Below are positions 42,542 through 53,879 of a stretch of 64,000 nt of DNA, in pieces (positions within the stretch are counted from its first letter, which is position 1; each line of letters opens with the position of its first letter). Under the pieces are notes generated by a model. The model did no database searches, was not told the DNA's origin, and saw nothing but the letters and a program-made list of their open reading frames with translations. The position numbers were made by a program, and so were the translations under genes. Origin of the DNA: an uncultured Cellvibrionales bacterium (GTDB lineage: Bacteria > Pseudomonadota > Gammaproteobacteria > Pseudomonadales > GM7GCV1); assembly GCA_913063225.1 (NCBI GenBank), contig CAJXYP010000019.1, positions 1,178 to 65,177 on the forward strand. The letters run 5' to 3'.

Positions 42542-43006
42542 TTATTTAGCAGAAACTTCTTCCGTAGCCTCTGCGTTGTTCTCAGTATCAGTACTAGATT
42601 CACTACTAAGAGTATCGGCACCTAGGTCGATTCTCTTGAAAGATCTGAAGTGACACTCTTGTCCTCGTAACATTATGGAGGAGTATTTATTCAGTTCTCC
42701 GTTGTGTTCGGTGACAAAGCCGATAGTGTTAGCAAAGTTTAGCCCATCGCAATAACTGAAGATCTCAGCCTGAAACCATTGGTTATTGCGGGCCTGAATT
42801 TGAATGGTTTCGTCGTCTATGGCGTTCCAGTTTTTAATTCCACCCTGGTTAGCAAAGTAGATGGAGGCGCGGCGCTCTGTCACTAGGGACTCTGGCGCAG
42901 CTTCGGCCTCTGGATCCGTCGTTTTGGCATAGGCGGACAGGGGTGACGCTATAGCGACGCTAAGTAGCCCGAGATACATATATTTTGAATACTTTAAAAG
43001 ATTCAT
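42542..43006 (-). CDS. small secreted protein (DUF6491-like)
   Basis: Signal peptide, two conserved Cys residues (YCDGL, QECHF) and an acidic tail. The family call is tentative. Confidence 0.7.
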   Translation of the reverse strand: MNLLKYSKYMYLGLLSVAIASPLSAYAKTTDPEAEAAPESLVTERRASIYFANQGGIKNWNAIDDETIQIQARNNQWFQAEIFSYCDGLNFANTIGFVTEHNGELNKYSSIMLRGQECHFRSFKRIDLGADTLSSESSTDTENNAEATEEVSAK

Positions 43007-43273
43007 AGCTGTCTCCTCGATAAGGCTTTGCAGAAAGGGTTTCTATTAAAGTCTCTCTACCTTCTCTTTTCCTTATCTATAGGACACAGGTATGTGAGGA
43101 AAATTCCCTTTAGGCAGTCAGTTCCATAATGTATCCACAATCTGGTTAAAGCCTAGGGGGTATTTGTTTCTAGCCAACCACCGATATATTCAGCAATTTC
43201 TTTGCTAGTCGATTCCTAGCAGATAGCTACCCTATCGAGGACGATTGTTAGGCGTCCGGTTCGCGCAGCTATA

Positions 43274-44164
43274 TCAGCGGTCGTTGCGAAGCTCGGTTAG
43301 GCTGTCCATGAGTGATTGATGGGCAGCATGCTCAGTGGCAGACATGGTTTCTTCTAATAAAAGGTTTTGCTGCTCCCAGGGGGCAGCTTCCAGGTCGTAG
43401 AACTCCTCTGCACCACCAGCTCTAAGTAGCTTGTAGCGCGTTCCTCGAATCGCATAGTTCGCTGTTTCGACACCCGCGAAGCTGCCAAAAAACTCATCAA
43501 CCTTGTCCGTGGGCGCGCAGCCCTCTATAGAAGTTACTTCGCCGTTGATAACTTTGTTCCAAGTGGAGTATGTCTCGGTACTGCCGCCCCAGCCGCCTGC
43601 GAAATAATCGAAGCCCACCAGGTTAGTGTGGCTAAGCCAGCCATTTTCTGCGTCAGCCAGATGCCATTTGCCAATGGCGGCAGTTGCGTAATCTGAACCG
43701 CTATCTGCAAAGGCTAGTGGCAATGCATATTCGTCGCTTCCAAGTCCATTGCGGGCAAGGCTTCTGAGTGGATTTGCGTTAGCGCCTCCGCCTCCGCCAC
43801 CACCGCCATTTGCAGCCGGCGCTGGAGGTTCAGGCACTGGCCCTGAAGTGGTAACTGGTCGTCCTACGCCGGTTCGAAAACCGTAACGGCCCGATACGAT
43901 GGTTGCCCGTGTTGGTGAGCAGACAGGCTGTGACCAGAACCCGGTATACCGAACGCCTTGCTGCGCCATCTCGTCGATGTTTGGGGTTGATGGCGGGTTC
44001 TCTGAGAGTCCGTAAGACGCCATAGTATCTGTGCCCATGTCATCGCCAATGATCAGCAAGATATTAGGCGCTGCCAGTGCCGCTGGCCCACAGGCAAGCG
44101 CGCTTAGAGTTATGATGAATAATGCGGTAGATTTTGAAAATTTGCAGCCCCCCGAAACAATCAA
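43274..44164 (-). CDS. sulfatase-family protein lacking the central catalytic region, with a poly-Gly insert
   Basis: PNILLIIGDDMG, the formylglycine motif CSPTRATIVSGRY, GKWHL and GFDYF are present. The sequence then jumps to the C-terminal FYDLEAAPWEQQNL. At 296 aa it is well short of typical sulfatases. It contains a G8 run. Confidence 0.7.
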   Translation of the reverse strand: MIVSGGCKFSKSTALFIITLSALACGPAALAAPNILLIIGDDMGTDTMASYGLSENPPSTPNIDEMAQQGVRYTGFWSQPVCSPTRATIVSGRYGFRTGVGRPVTTSGPVPEPPAPAANGGGGGGGGANANPLRSLARNGLGSDEYALPLAFADSGSDYATAAIGKWHLADAENGWLSHTNLVGFDYFAGGWGGSTETYSTWNKVINGEVTSIEGCAPTDKVDEFFGSFAGVETANYAIRGTRYKLLRAGGAEEFYDLEAAPWEQQNLLLEETMSATEHAAHQSLMDSLTELRNDR

Positions 44165-44285
44165 TGTTGATGACCTGACTATTAAACACTAGCATTGCTG
44201 GCCAGTTTGGAATGTGGGCTTTGATTAACTATGTCTATCAGCCGCAATGGCAGTAAGCTCTTAATGGATAGCTTAGGTTGAAAGC

Positions 44286-45284
44286 CTAGTCAGTACCTAC
44301 CTGATACTTGTCTACCGCAATTTTCAGTCGAACGGTTTCAGACTGCAGATATTCAACAAAGTCCGCTGGTGATTCATTCAAATCAACTTCCATACCGAGG
44401 TCGTTAATACGCTTCACCGTGGCCGGATCACTTGCGGCATGTCGGAATGCCTGAAATACCTCCTCAACATCTTCATCGGAAGTGCCAGCAGGAACAAAAA
44501 GTCCAGCCCATGAACCGTTGGGCATAGTCGTTACGCCTTTTTCCAGCAGGGTAGGTACCCCTGGATAAAGCGGCAGTCGAGTGGGATGAATTACTACTAA
44601 GGGTGTCGCAGAGCCTTCGCCAATCATAGGGATTGTATAGGGCGAGGTAAGCACCAATAGATCCAGCGTACTGTTTCTGATGGCTTCGATTGCACCAACG
44701 GGGCCGTTGCCGACTCTGGTATCTAGCTTCACATTGTCGATTCCGAACTCATTAAATATGGCGGCAAATTCGACCCTATGAATGCTGGTAGGCGCGATAT
44801 GCCAGTAGCTTAATGGCTCCAAGGAGTTGGCGGCGTATTCGACAAGTTCCTGAATAGTTTTGATACCTAGGCTAGAGCGCACTATTAGAAAATCTGGTGT
44901 GGTGATTACGCGGGTGACGGGCCGTAAATCCGTAAGCGGGTCCATATCAAACCCGGGAATAAGTACCGGATTCAGTGCCATGACGCCGATAACGGACATC
45001 AGCATGGTATTGCCGTCTGGTGCGACGCCAATTGCTGCGGTAGCACCCTGGTTGTGCTTAAACTCAATGGGGCGTTGCAGAGACGCTTCGAGCAGGGGTT
45101 TCATAATACCGGCGGCTGCACCGGATGATCCCAGCGCGCCATGGGAGGTAAGAAACACCATGGGTTCGGGTTGCACAACCTCAGCGTCAGTAGTAACCGG
45201 ACTAGTACCCTCTGAGCAGGCCATAAGTAGACCGCCCAAAACAGCACAAAGTGCTGCAGTTCGAATTTGATCGAATACTTTCAT
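44286..45284 (-). CDS. tripartite tricarboxylate transporter substrate-binding protein (TctC/Bug family), lipoprotein
   Basis: Lipobox LLMAC; GVPTLLEKGV...WAGLFVPAGT is the Bug-family signature. No tctA or tctB lies next to it. Confidence 0.8.
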   Translation of the reverse strand: MKVFDQIRTAALCAVLGGLLMACSEGTSPVTTDAEVVQPEPMVFLTSHGALGSSGAAAGIMKPLLEASLQRPIEFKHNQGATAAIGVAPDGNTMLMSVIGVMALNPVLIPGFDMDPLTDLRPVTRVITTPDFLIVRSSLGIKTIQELVEYAANSLEPLSYWHIAPTSIHRVEFAAIFNEFGIDNVKLDTRVGNGPVGAIEAIRNSTLDLLVLTSPYTIPMIGEGSATPLVVIHPTRLPLYPGVPTLLEKGVTTMPNGSWAGLFVPAGTSDEDVEEVFQAFRHAASDPATVKRINDLGMEVDLNESPADFVEYLQSETVRLKIAVDKYQVGTD

Positions 45285-45390
45285 TGATAGCCCCCAGTGG
45301 TGAATCGCAACTCTATACCTTCGCGCGAATTCTGACAAAGGGCGGCGCCTACCTCAATAGGGCTTCTCCGCGAATAGGGAGAATCTGCTT

Positions 45391-46380
45391 TTAGCCAAGC
45401 AGTTGGTCCGCATCCGCTTTGCTTAAGCGTGGGCCCATTCGGCTGACAACAATGCCAGCGGCTTTACAGGCAAACGCTGCAGCGTCTTCTGCGGTTGAAC
45501 CTTTGCTGATAGCGGCCAAATAGGCGCCCGCGAACGCATCGCCGGCGCCATTAGTATCTATAGCTTTAACGGGTTCGCCAGCAACTTTCCATTGACTGTC
45601 TGCATTGCCGACAACAGCGCCTTCAGCACCCAAGGTAATAGCGTATTCGGAGCAGAATGAGGTTATTGCCTGGGCTGCAGATTCGAAGTCTTCTGTTTGG
45701 GTAAAGGTTTTGGATTCGTCTTCATTGGCGAAGATTAAGTCGACGCCGGGCTCTGCTATGTAACGCAGGGCATCTCCAAAATATTGAACAATGCCTGGGT
45801 CGGACAGACTAAATGCCACTTTGGTACCAAGCGCTTTAGCGCGTTCGCAGATAGCGCGGGCCGCTTCCTTTCCAGTTTCCGATGTTGCCAGATAGCCTTC
45901 GATATATACCCAACTTGCTTGGGCAATGGCTTCGTCATCGATATTGTCGACACTCAGAGTTTCACTAATTGCTAGACAGGTATTCATGGTGCGCTCGGCA
46001 TCCGGCGTAATCATTACCAAGCAGGTACCAGTTATGCCATCGCGGCTTTGGTTGTTCTGGTTGTATGCGACGCCTGCCCTACTCAGGTCTGATAGAAAGA
46101 ATTCACCGTCTTGATCGTCGGCAACCTGGCAAGTTAAGTGGCTGTTACCGCCAAGTAGAGAAACCGCGATCATTGAGTTTGCAGCGGATCCGCCACAAGC
46201 GCGTTTGGCACTGTCGATATGTTCTCGTAGATGAGTAAGGTTTTTTTGTTGCTGTGCGGCATCGGAAAGAGTCATTAAGCCCTTTTCCAGCTGAATATCT
46301 ATTAGGTCTTGGTCGGTTACCAGGACTTCGGTATCTACCAGCGCGGCGCCGATAGCGGCAACATCATATTTTTTGGTCAT
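45391..46380 (-). CDS. PfkB-family kinase (adenosine kinase-like)
   Basis: GGSAANS and DTNGAGDAFAGAYL PfkB motifs; 329 aa. Confidence 0.85.
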   Translation of the reverse strand: MTKKYDVAAIGAALVDTEVLVTDQDLIDIQLEKGLMTLSDAAQQQKNLTHLREHIDSAKRACGGSAANSMIAVSLLGGNSHLTCQVADDQDGEFFLSDLSRAGVAYNQNNQSRDGITGTCLVMITPDAERTMNTCLAISETLSVDNIDDEAIAQASWVYIEGYLATSETGKEAARAICERAKALGTKVAFSLSDPGIVQYFGDALRYIAEPGVDLIFANEDESKTFTQTEDFESAAQAITSFCSEYAITLGAEGAVVGNADSQWKVAGEPVKAIDTNGAGDAFAGAYLAAISKGSTAEDAAAFACKAAGIVVSRMGPRLSKADADQLLG

Positions 46381-46535
46381 TCGGATTCATGTCCAAGACA
46401 GAGTTAAAGAGCGCAGAAGGTGAAACTTAATAGTTAAAGAGCTCAATTGTGATGAATTATGTTTTTTTCGAGGCGCGATTATTTCATCTTGGAGGCTGAG
46501 TTAGAATAGCCGCTGACCATTCATTTACTAAACCC

Positions 46536-48803
46536 ATGCCGCGCGCCTTAAAGATTTTTAAGTTCTTCTACCAGCTTGGTTTGATCTGCCTATTGGCATT
46601 GGTCGGGTACATGATTTGGCTGGATTTTCGGGTGACTGCAGAATTTAGCGGCCGCAAGTGGGATTTGCCTTCACATATATACGCCCGGCCTCTTGAGATA
46701 TTTGCCGGTGCATCGGTTAGCCAAAGCGAGCTCATTTGGGAATTGGAGCAGCTTGGGTATCGACGCGTTAGCTCCGCGCAATCTAAAGGACAGTTTTCGG
46801 TAGCCAGTAATAGAGTGCAGCTCTTCGCCCGAGGTTTTGAATTCTGGGATGAGGCAGAAGATTCCAAATTGCTGCTGGTGGAATTTGCCGGAGAGCAAAT
46901 AATTGCCCTTAGTGACGCTGACTTTAGTCCTATGGCTATAGTCAGATTAGAACCCTTGCGCATAGGTGGCGTATTCCCCGATACCATTGAAGATCGGTTA
47001 CCTGTTGCGCTCGAAGATGTTCCGCCATTACTAGTGGAAACGCTGCTCGAGGTCGAAGATCGCGGCTTTTATGATCATTATGGGTTTTCTATTCGAGGCA
47101 TTACCAGAGCAGCTTTAAGCAATATTTTTGCGGGTGAAATTGTCGGTGGTGGCAGCACTATCACTCAGCAGCTGGTGAAAAACTTTTATGTTGGCAATGA
47201 GCGAACTATTAGTCGCAAAGTGAAAGAAGTGCTTATGTCCGTGCTGCTTGAGTTTCACTATAGTAAGAACGAGATTCTCGAAACTTACCTAAATGAAGTA
47301 TTTCTCGGGCAGTCTGGTGATCGCGCAATTCACGGGGTGGGCATGGCCAGCTGGCATTACTTCCGACAACCGCTGGATGAATTGGAAGCGGAGCAGGTAG
47401 CTTTCTTGGTCGGCATATTAAAAGGCTTTTACGACCCCTGGTCTGGAACCGAGCGAGCTACTGCAAGACGCAATGTGGTTTTACAGTTGATGGCCAACGC
47501 CGAAATTGTTGATCCAGACGATTTAGCTGCACTTCAGGCTAGCACTCTGAGCACGGTCGACAGACCTTTGCGGTCTCTCAATCCTTTTCCCGGATATATG
47601 CGCCTAGTATTAGATGAGCTGGGCGAGCAATACGACAGCCTTGATACCCAGAACGAAGGCTACGATATTTTCACCTCTCTGGATCCTTGGTTGCAGAATC
47701 AGTTGGAAAACAGCATCAGCAGAGGCGTTGATTCTCTAGAGTCTGGGTATCGTATTGAAGAGGGTAAATTGCAGGCTGCTGGAGTGCTTACCCGTATTGG
47801 CAGCGGACAAATTACGGCGTTGGTAGGCGGGCGCGATCCAAAGTTCGATGGCTTTAACCGGGCACTTTTTGCCGATCGGGCCATCGGTTCATTGATCAAG
47901 CCCGTGGTCTATCTAACGGCTTTGCAAAGTGCTCATGAGTACACACTATCGACACTAATCGAAGATGCACCCTTTATATTAGAAGAGCCTAATGGCGAAA
48001 GCTGGGTGCCGCAGAACTATGATGGTTTAGCCCGAGGTCCCACCGCGCTTTATTCCGCTATGGCCAACTCACTTAATTTGGCGACCGCCCGTTTAGGGCT
48101 GAATCTTGGTGTGCAGACCGTAATAGATACACTGACTGTTTTGGGCGTAGAGACCGATTGGCCGGATTTTCCCGCCTATTTGCTAGGCGCGGGTGGATTA
48201 ACACCCTTGGAAGTGTCAACGCTCTACCACAGCATTGCGGCGGACGGGTTTTATTCACCGCTAACCACGATACAGGGCATATACGATTCGACTGGTGATC
48301 AGGCGGATATCCCGGTTCGCGAGATAGAGCAACGAGTCGACCCGGCCTATGTGCACTTGATTCAGTACGCCCTGCAAGTGGTTATGCTCGAAGGCACTGG
48401 TAGATCTTTGATAAGTCGCTTTCCAAACACCGCTCTTGCCGGCAAAACGGGCACTACCAACGATTCCAGGGACAGTTGGTTTGCCGGTTTTGATGGACGT
48501 TATCTTGGTGTTTTCTGGGTTGGCAGAGATGACAATAAACCTATGCCGCTAACCGGCGCAACCGGCGCGCTGCAGCTTTGGGCTTCTACTTTTCAGGCGA
48601 TTGGAGCGGAATCTATTAACTATGTTCGTCCCCCAGATGTGGAGTATTTTTGGATAGATCCAAAATCTGATGCGAGAACAGATGACAATTGCTCCGGTGC
48701 TGTTTATCTTCCCTATGCGTATGGCAGCGAACCTGATCAACGGGTGCGCTGTGACGGAACCGGGGTGACCGAGAATTGGCTAACCCGTTTCTTAGGCTTA
48801 TAA
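46536..48803 (+). CDS. mrcB: penicillin-binding protein 1B
   Basis: N-terminal TM segment; glycosyltransferase motifs EDRGFYDHYGF and GGSTITQQL; transpeptidase motifs SLIK, SLN and KTGT. Confidence 0.9.
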   Translation: MPRALKIFKFFYQLGLICLLALVGYMIWLDFRVTAEFSGRKWDLPSHIYARPLEIFAGASVSQSELIWELEQLGYRRVSSAQSKGQFSVASNRVQLFARGFEFWDEAEDSKLLLVEFAGEQIIALSDADFSPMAIVRLEPLRIGGVFPDTIEDRLPVALEDVPPLLVETLLEVEDRGFYDHYGFSIRGITRAALSNIFAGEIVGGGSTITQQLVKNFYVGNERTISRKVKEVLMSVLLEFHYSKNEILETYLNEVFLGQSGDRAIHGVGMASWHYFRQPLDELEAEQVAFLVGILKGFYDPWSGTERATARRNVVLQLMANAEIVDPDDLAALQASTLSTVDRPLRSLNPFPGYMRLVLDELGEQYDSLDTQNEGYDIFTSLDPWLQNQLENSISRGVDSLESGYRIEEGKLQAAGVLTRIGSGQITALVGGRDPKFDGFNRALFADRAIGSLIKPVVYLTALQSAHEYTLSTLIEDAPFILEEPNGESWVPQNYDGLARGPTALYSAMANSLNLATARLGLNLGVQTVIDTLTVLGVETDWPDFPAYLLGAGGLTPLEVSTLYHSIAADGFYSPLTTIQGIYDSTGDQADIPVREIEQRVDPAYVHLIQYALQVVMLEGTGRSLISRFPNTALAGKTGTTNDSRDSWFAGFDGRYLGVFWVGRDDNKPMPLTGATGALQLWASTFQAIGAESINYVRPPDVEYFWIDPKSDARTDDNCSGAVYLPYAYGSEPDQRVRCDGTGVTENWLTRFLGL

Positions 48804-48829
48804 AAGAATTCAGATAATAAAAGGGTCAA

Positions 48830-49276
48830 ATGAAAGGCTATACATACCTAGGTTTGGGATTTGCGATGCTACTAGCGGGCTGTGCAACAACGCCTCCGGC
48901 AGTCACAGTTCCTGCATCAACCAGCCCAGCGGTAGCTGCTCCGGTGCTGGAACCAGCGGAACCGACATATATTCCCGAGCCTCCTAGAGTAGTTGTACAA
49001 GAGCCCAGGGTAGTCGAGAGCAATCAAAACCCTGCGCTGGATCAGTTGGTTGATTTGGCCCTGCGCTATTTATCGCAAGAAGATTATCCGCGCGCCATCA
49101 CTACGGCTGAACGCGCAATGAGCATTGATCGATACGATCCACGAGTATATTTACTGCTGGCTCAGTCACACCGTCTGTCCGGTAACTTGGCGCTTTCACG
49201 CCAATACGCCGAACGTGGTTTGGCAATTTCTCAAGCGGGTACCGAGACTGCTCGGGCGCTAGAAAGCCTGAAATAG
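48830..49276 (+). CDS. TPR-repeat lipoprotein
   Basis: Lipobox LLAGC, a Pro/Ala-rich linker and a TPR-like helical pair. Confidence 0.75.
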   Translation: MKGYTYLGLGFAMLLAGCATTPPAVTVPASTSPAVAAPVLEPAEPTYIPEPPRVVVQEPRVVESNQNPALDQLVDLALRYLSQEDYPRAITTAERAMSIDRYDPRVYLLLAQSHRLSGNLALSRQYAERGLAISQAGTETARALESLK

Positions 49277-49309
49277 GCTATAGAACATGCTCTTTTCTTG
49301 ACGAGATAC

Positions 49310-50593
49310 TTAGGGCATAGATCCCATAATTCGGTCGGCTTGCTCAAGCGTAAAATCCAGGTCTTCCTGACTGTGAGCAGCAGACATAAACCCGCACTCG
49401 TAGGAAGCCGGCGCCAAATAAACGCCTGATTCCACCATCTGCCGGAAAAAAGATTTGAAGCGATCGTCGCGGCAAGCCATCACTTGTTGGTAGTTGCTGA
49501 CTTGTTCTTCTTCGCTAAAGAAAAAGCCAAACATGCTGCCGCGTTGATTGGTTGAAAGCGGAATGCCGTGGCTGGATGCTGCGCTGCGCAGACCGGACAT
49601 TAGGTGATCAACCTTCTCGGTCAACTTCTCGTAGAAACCTTCTTCTTGAATAAGTTTTAGGGTTGTCAAACCAGCTGCCATAGCGACAGGGTTTCCAGAC
49701 AGCGTACCCGCTTGATAGACCGGACCGAGAGGAGAGATCATCTCCATAATTTCTCGCTTGCCGCCAAACGCGCCAACGGGCATTCCGCCGCCAACCACTT
49801 TGCCTAGACAGGTTAAATCCGGGTCGATTCCGTAATAGCCTTGCGCGCCGCCCAAGCTAACTCGGAAGCCAGTCATAACCTCATCAAAAATTAAAACGGC
49901 ACCATGCTTTGTACAGAGTTCGCGCAATTTTTCCAAAAAACCCGGCACAGGGGGTATTAAATTCATATTGCCAGCAACGGGTTCAACGATTATGCAGGCG
50001 ACTTCATCACCAGATTTGGCGAAGTATTCTGATACCGCTTCCAAGTCGTTATAGGGCAAGTTAATAGTGTGTTCTACCGTTCCAGCGGGGACTCCAGGCG
50101 AACTAGGAGTGCCCAAGGTAAGCGCACCAGAACCAGCCTTAACCAGCAGGCTGTCTGAATGACCGTGGTAGCAGCCTTCGAACTTAATTAGCGTATTGCG
50201 ACCGGTATAACCACGGGCCAGTCTAATCGCGCTCATGGTGGCTTCTGTGCCTGAACTAACCATGCGCACTAACTCGATGCTTGGCACGAGCTTGCAAATC
50301 TCTTTGGCTACTTCAGATTCGATAGCGGTAGGTGCACCAAAGCTTAGGCCGTGCTGGATTTTCTCTGCTACGGCTTGAATCACCTGCGGATGGGCGTGAC
50401 CCAACACCATAGGACCCCATGACAATACATAGTCGACATAGCGTTTACCTTCTACATCGTAAAGGTATGCGCCTTTGGCTTTTTCGAAAAATATGGGAGT
50501 TCCTCCCACTGCGCGAAATGCTCTAACGGGCGAGTTAACGCCGCCAGGAATGTATCGTTGGGCTTCTTGGAAAAGTTGTTCTGAAACTGACAT
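49310..50593 (-). CDS. hemL: glutamate-1-semialdehyde 2,1-aminomutase
   Basis: [10 protein letters not shown], class III aminotransferase body and the PLP-Lys region LGKVVGGG. Confidence 0.95.
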   Translation of the reverse strand: MSVSEQLFQEAQRYIPGGVNSPVRAFRAVGGTPIFFEKAKGAYLYDVEGKRYVDYVLSWGPMVLGHAHPQVIQAVAEKIQHGLSFGAPTAIESEVAKEICKLVPSIELVRMVSSGTEATMSAIRLARGYTGRNTLIKFEGCYHGHSDSLLVKAGSGALTLGTPSSPGVPAGTVEHTINLPYNDLEAVSEYFAKSGDEVACIIVEPVAGNMNLIPPVPGFLEKLRELCTKHGAVLIFDEVMTGFRVSLGGAQGYYGIDPDLTCLGKVVGGGMPVGAFGGKREIMEMISPLGPVYQAGTLSGNPVAMAAGLTTLKLIQEEGFYEKLTEKVDHLMSGLRSAASSHGIPLSTNQRGSMFGFFFSEEEQVSNYQQVMACRDDRFKSFFRQMVESGVYLAPASYECGFMSAAHSQEDLDFTLEQADRIMGSMP

Positions 50594-50628
50594 TAATGGG
50601 CCTGTAATTACTAGCTGAACTGCAATAT

Positions 50629-51078
50629 TTAGAAGGGTTTAACAATTACCAGTATGGTAATAAGAATAAGTAATAGAATCGGAAACTCGTTGAACCAACG
50701 GAAATAGACGTGAGTTTTGGTATTCTCGCCTTCCGCCAGTTTCATCATATGTCCACTGCAACTGATGTGATAGAGCACCACAATGGTTACCAAAAATATT
50801 TTTGCGTAAAACCATCCGCCCTGTATCAGGCTGGGCACTGCCATAACGATGAGTGAGCCGAGTAAAATGGTCGCTATCATGGCAGGGGTGGCAATACCGT
50901 TATAGAGTTTGCGCTCCATAATTATGAATCGTTTTTTGCTTATCTCGTCTTCTGCCATGCTGTGATAAACAAACAACCTAGGTAAATAGAAGAGGGCGGC
51001 GAACCAGCACACAACGGCAACCAAATGGAATGCCTTGAGCCAGAGATATATTGATGCAAGAAAAGGTGAACCTTCCAA
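50629..51078 (-). CDS. hemJ: protoporphyrinogen oxidase HemJ (UPF0093)
   Basis: [27 protein letters not shown] is the HemJ signature; four TM segments; adjacent to hemL. Confidence 0.8.
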   Translation of the reverse strand: MEGSPFLASIYLWLKAFHLVAVVCWFAALFYLPRLFVYHSMAEDEISKKRFIIMERKLYNGIATPAMIATILLGSLIVMAVPSLIQGGWFYAKIFLVTIVVLYHISCSGHMMKLAEGENTKTHVYFRWFNEFPILLLILITILVIVKPF

Positions 51079-51196
51079 AGGAAATAGCCTGTCTGAGTTA
51101 AGCGAGGCGACATTCTAGCAATTGTACGCATCTAATGGTCAGAGACCGCCGGTTAAGGGATAATGCGCTGCTTTTCAGGCTAAACTGAGCGATATA

Positions 51197-52252
51197 GTGA
51201 TTAGAACAGCGATTATAGGTGGGACCGGCTATACAGGAGCAGAGCTCTTGAGATTGCTTGTGTGTCATCCAGAGGTAGAAATAGTCGCTGTCAGTTCTCG
51301 CTCGGAAGCTGGCAAGCCGGTTACTGAGTTGTTCCCTAACCTAAGGGGGCACTTGGATATTGCCTTTTCAGAACCATCTGACTTGTTTCAGGCAAAGCCT
51401 GATGTGGTATTTTTTGCCACGCCTCATGGTGTCGCTCAGGCGATGATGAAACAGGTGGCAGCCCAAGGAATAAAAGTAATCGACCTTTCCGCCGACTTCC
51501 GAATTCGAGATCAAAAGCTTTGGGAACATTGGTACGGTCAGCCACATCAATCTCCAGAATATATTGCGCAAGCCGTTTATGGTTTGCCTGAAGTAAATAG
51601 AGCAGCCATTGCTGAGGCAAACTTGATTGCCTGCCCCGGCTGTTATCCGACTAGCGTGCAGCTGGCCATGATTCCATTACTGGAAAATGGACTGATCGAT
51701 CCAGCGAGCATAGTTGCCTATTCCGGATCTGGTGTAAGTGGCGCTGGCCGAAATGCCAAGGTTCCCTATTTGTTGGCCGAAGCTTCTGAAAATTTTCAGG
51801 CTTACGCTACCGCTGGACACCGACACGAACCTGAGATTATTCAGGGCTTGAGGGATGTCCAGAAGGATACTGATGTGCCTGCGGAAGTTTTATTTTTGCC
51901 GCACTTAGTACCGATGATTCGAGGTATTCATTCAACGGTAGTGGCTGATTTATCTAGCACTGATTTAGCCGACTCTGGTTTAACTGATATTCAGTCGATA
52001 TTTGAAAGTCGATATAGCAGTGAACCCTTTGTTGACGTTTTACCCAGTGGATCGCAGCCTCAAACCCGTTTTGTAAAAGGCACAAATCAGTGCCAGCTGG
52101 CGATTCATATTCGAGGCGATAGGGTAGTGGTTCTGTCCGTAGAAGATAATCTGACCAAGGGTGCTGCCGGACAAGCAATACAGTGCATGAATCTGATGTG
52201 TGGTATTGATGAAGGCACTGGTCTTAAGTCGCCAGCAATGCTTCCAGGTTAA
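51197..52252 (+). CDS. argC: N-acetyl-gamma-glutamyl-phosphate reductase
   Basis: [14 protein letters not shown] and the catalytic Cys loop ACPGCYPT; 351 aa. Confidence 0.95.
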   Translation: MIRTAIIGGTGYTGAELLRLLVCHPEVEIVAVSSRSEAGKPVTELFPNLRGHLDIAFSEPSDLFQAKPDVVFFATPHGVAQAMMKQVAAQGIKVIDLSADFRIRDQKLWEHWYGQPHQSPEYIAQAVYGLPEVNRAAIAEANLIACPGCYPTSVQLAMIPLLENGLIDPASIVAYSGSGVSGAGRNAKVPYLLAEASENFQAYATAGHRHEPEIIQGLRDVQKDTDVPAEVLFLPHLVPMIRGIHSTVVADLSSTDLADSGLTDIQSIFESRYSSEPFVDVLPSGSQPQTRFVKGTNQCQLAIHIRGDRVVVLSVEDNLTKGAAGQAIQCMNLMCGIDEGTGLKSPAMLPG

Positions 52253-52260
52253 AATCAGAA

Positions 52261-52998
52261 ATGCCTAGACGACATCGAATTCATGCCGAGCGGGTTTACG
52301 TAGTACGCGTAAATATTTGGCATCGTTGGTATCGCCGTTTTGCAGTTTTGCTGTTTATTCTGTCTTTGCCAGTGGCCGCTTATTACGGAGCCCAATGGTA
52401 TCTCGGCGGAACACAAAGAGTGCTGTCGGACCAGAATCTCGATTTGCAAACCAGACTTTCGATATTGCGCACTGATTTGGACCTTACCGAGCAGGAAAAC
52501 GCCAATTTACTGATTGCAGCGCTCTTGGATGATGAGGCAGAACAGCATCTGCAAAACGAACTAGTTAATTGGCGTGAGCGCAACGAGCTACTTCAGTCTG
52601 AAATCCAGTTCTATTTATCTCTGATGGAGCCCTCTATCAGCAGTCAGGGTGTTTTTATTCAGTCGGCCGAGCTCGTAGCTATGGCAGAGTCCGGCTCGTA
52701 TAGGTATTCCCTGGTAATTGGGCAAAAGTCTCAAGACCACCCGCGAGTGACTGGTGCAGTGCGACTTCAGGTAATTTCCGAAAATGAGAACCAGTATACA
52801 AATTTGGGGCTAGCGGACTTGACCGATGGAGGCGCAGAATTAGCTCTTGGGTTTATATTTTTCCAACAGATGGATGGGATCATCTATTTATCAGCAGATT
52901 TTAAACCTACCGAATGGATGGTTGAAGTGGATTTGGCGAGTGCGAACAGTGGCTCGATTACAGAAACCTATGACTGGCCGTTCCCGGCTAGCAGATAA
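52261..52998 (+). CDS. membrane-anchored coiled-coil protein (DUF6776-like guess)
   Basis: One TM segment, then a heptad-rich segment. It precedes the bactofilin gene. Confidence 0.65.
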   Translation: MPRRHRIHAERVYVVRVNIWHRWYRRFAVLLFILSLPVAAYYGAQWYLGGTQRVLSDQNLDLQTRLSILRTDLDLTEQENANLLIAALLDDEAEQHLQNELVNWRERNELLQSEIQFYLSLMEPSISSQGVFIQSAELVAMAESGSYRYSLVIGQKSQDHPRVTGAVRLQVISENENQYTNLGLADLTDGGAELALGFIFFQQMDGIIYLSADFKPTEWMVEVDLASANSGSITETYDWPFPASR

Positions 52999-53008
52999 GG
53001 GTAACTAA

Positions 53009-53449
53009 ATGTTAGGCAGTTCAAGTAAAAATAGTGGCACAAAATCCGTAACGCTTATCGCGAGAAATACCTCGGTACATGGCAAGGTTAATTTTTCCGG
53101 TTTCCTGAATATCGAAGGCAGTGTCATAGGCGATATTTCCTCTGATGAGGGTGCAAAATCAGAGGTGGCTATTCTTGAGTATGGAGTAGTCGAAGGTCAG
53201 GTTCAGGCTCCTAGAGTTATAGTAAACGGGCGTGTCAATGGAGATATTTACGCAACAGATAAACTCTATATCGCGGCCAAAGCGGTCGTTGAGGGCAGTG
53301 TTCATTACCGCCTGATTGAAATGGAAAAGGGCGCTCAAATTAGCGGCAACATGGTGCATCGCTCCGGGCCGTCCAAGGACTCCAATCCTTCCTCTGGCAT
53401 ATCAGATGCAATTGATAGTGGCGTCAATAAGGTTCTAGCGAATACTTGA
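53009..53449 (+). CDS. bactofilin-family cytoskeletal protein
   Basis: Repeated beta-helix pattern (G.V.G.I...L.I...G.V.G.V) throughout residues 25-115. Confidence 0.85.
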   Translation: MLGSSSKNSGTKSVTLIARNTSVHGKVNFSGFLNIEGSVIGDISSDEGAKSEVAILEYGVVEGQVQAPRVIVNGRVNGDIYATDKLYIAAKAVVEGSVHYRLIEMEKGAQISGNMVHRSGPSKDSNPSSGISDAIDSGVNKVLANT

Positions 53450-53505
53450 CTAAAATACTCAGGTAATGAGAGAATTCTACGCCTAGAAATAAAACGTTAG
53501 AAAAT

Positions 53506-53856
53506 ATGTCTGCCGAGGTTTATACCCCCACTCCAATTAATGTAAGTCCTTCCGCTGTAGCCAAGGTACGTGCTTTGGTGGAAGAAGAGGGCTGCCCGGA
53601 ACTGAAGTTGCGGGTTTTCGTGACTGGTGGCGGCTGTTCGGGCTTTCAATACGGATTCTCTTTCGACGAAGCCCTAAACGAAGACGATACTTTGGTTAAC
53701 AAAGATGGTGTTTCGGTAGTGGTAGATTCTTTGAGCTTCCAGTATCTAGTTGGATGTCAGCTGGATTACCAGGAAGGACTTGAAGGCGCGAGGTTTGTGG
53801 TTACCAATCCAAATGCCAGCACAACATGTGGGTGCGGGGCTTCTTTTTCTGTCTAA
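53506..53856 (+). CDS. erpA: iron-sulfur cluster insertion protein ErpA
   Basis: GGGCSGFQY and the C-terminal CGCGASFSV. Confidence 0.9.
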   Translation: MSAEVYTPTPINVSPSAVAKVRALVEEEGCPELKLRVFVTGGGCSGFQYGFSFDEALNEDDTLVNKDGVSVVVDSLSFQYLVGCQLDYQEGLEGARFVVTNPNASTTCGCGASFSV

Positions 53857-53879
53857 CTAGACAAATTTGTTTCAGTAAA

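Noticed and set aside
43780-43815. GCC/ACC-rich repeat.
   Set aside because: It is simply the coding sequence of the G8 run in the sulfatase-like protein.
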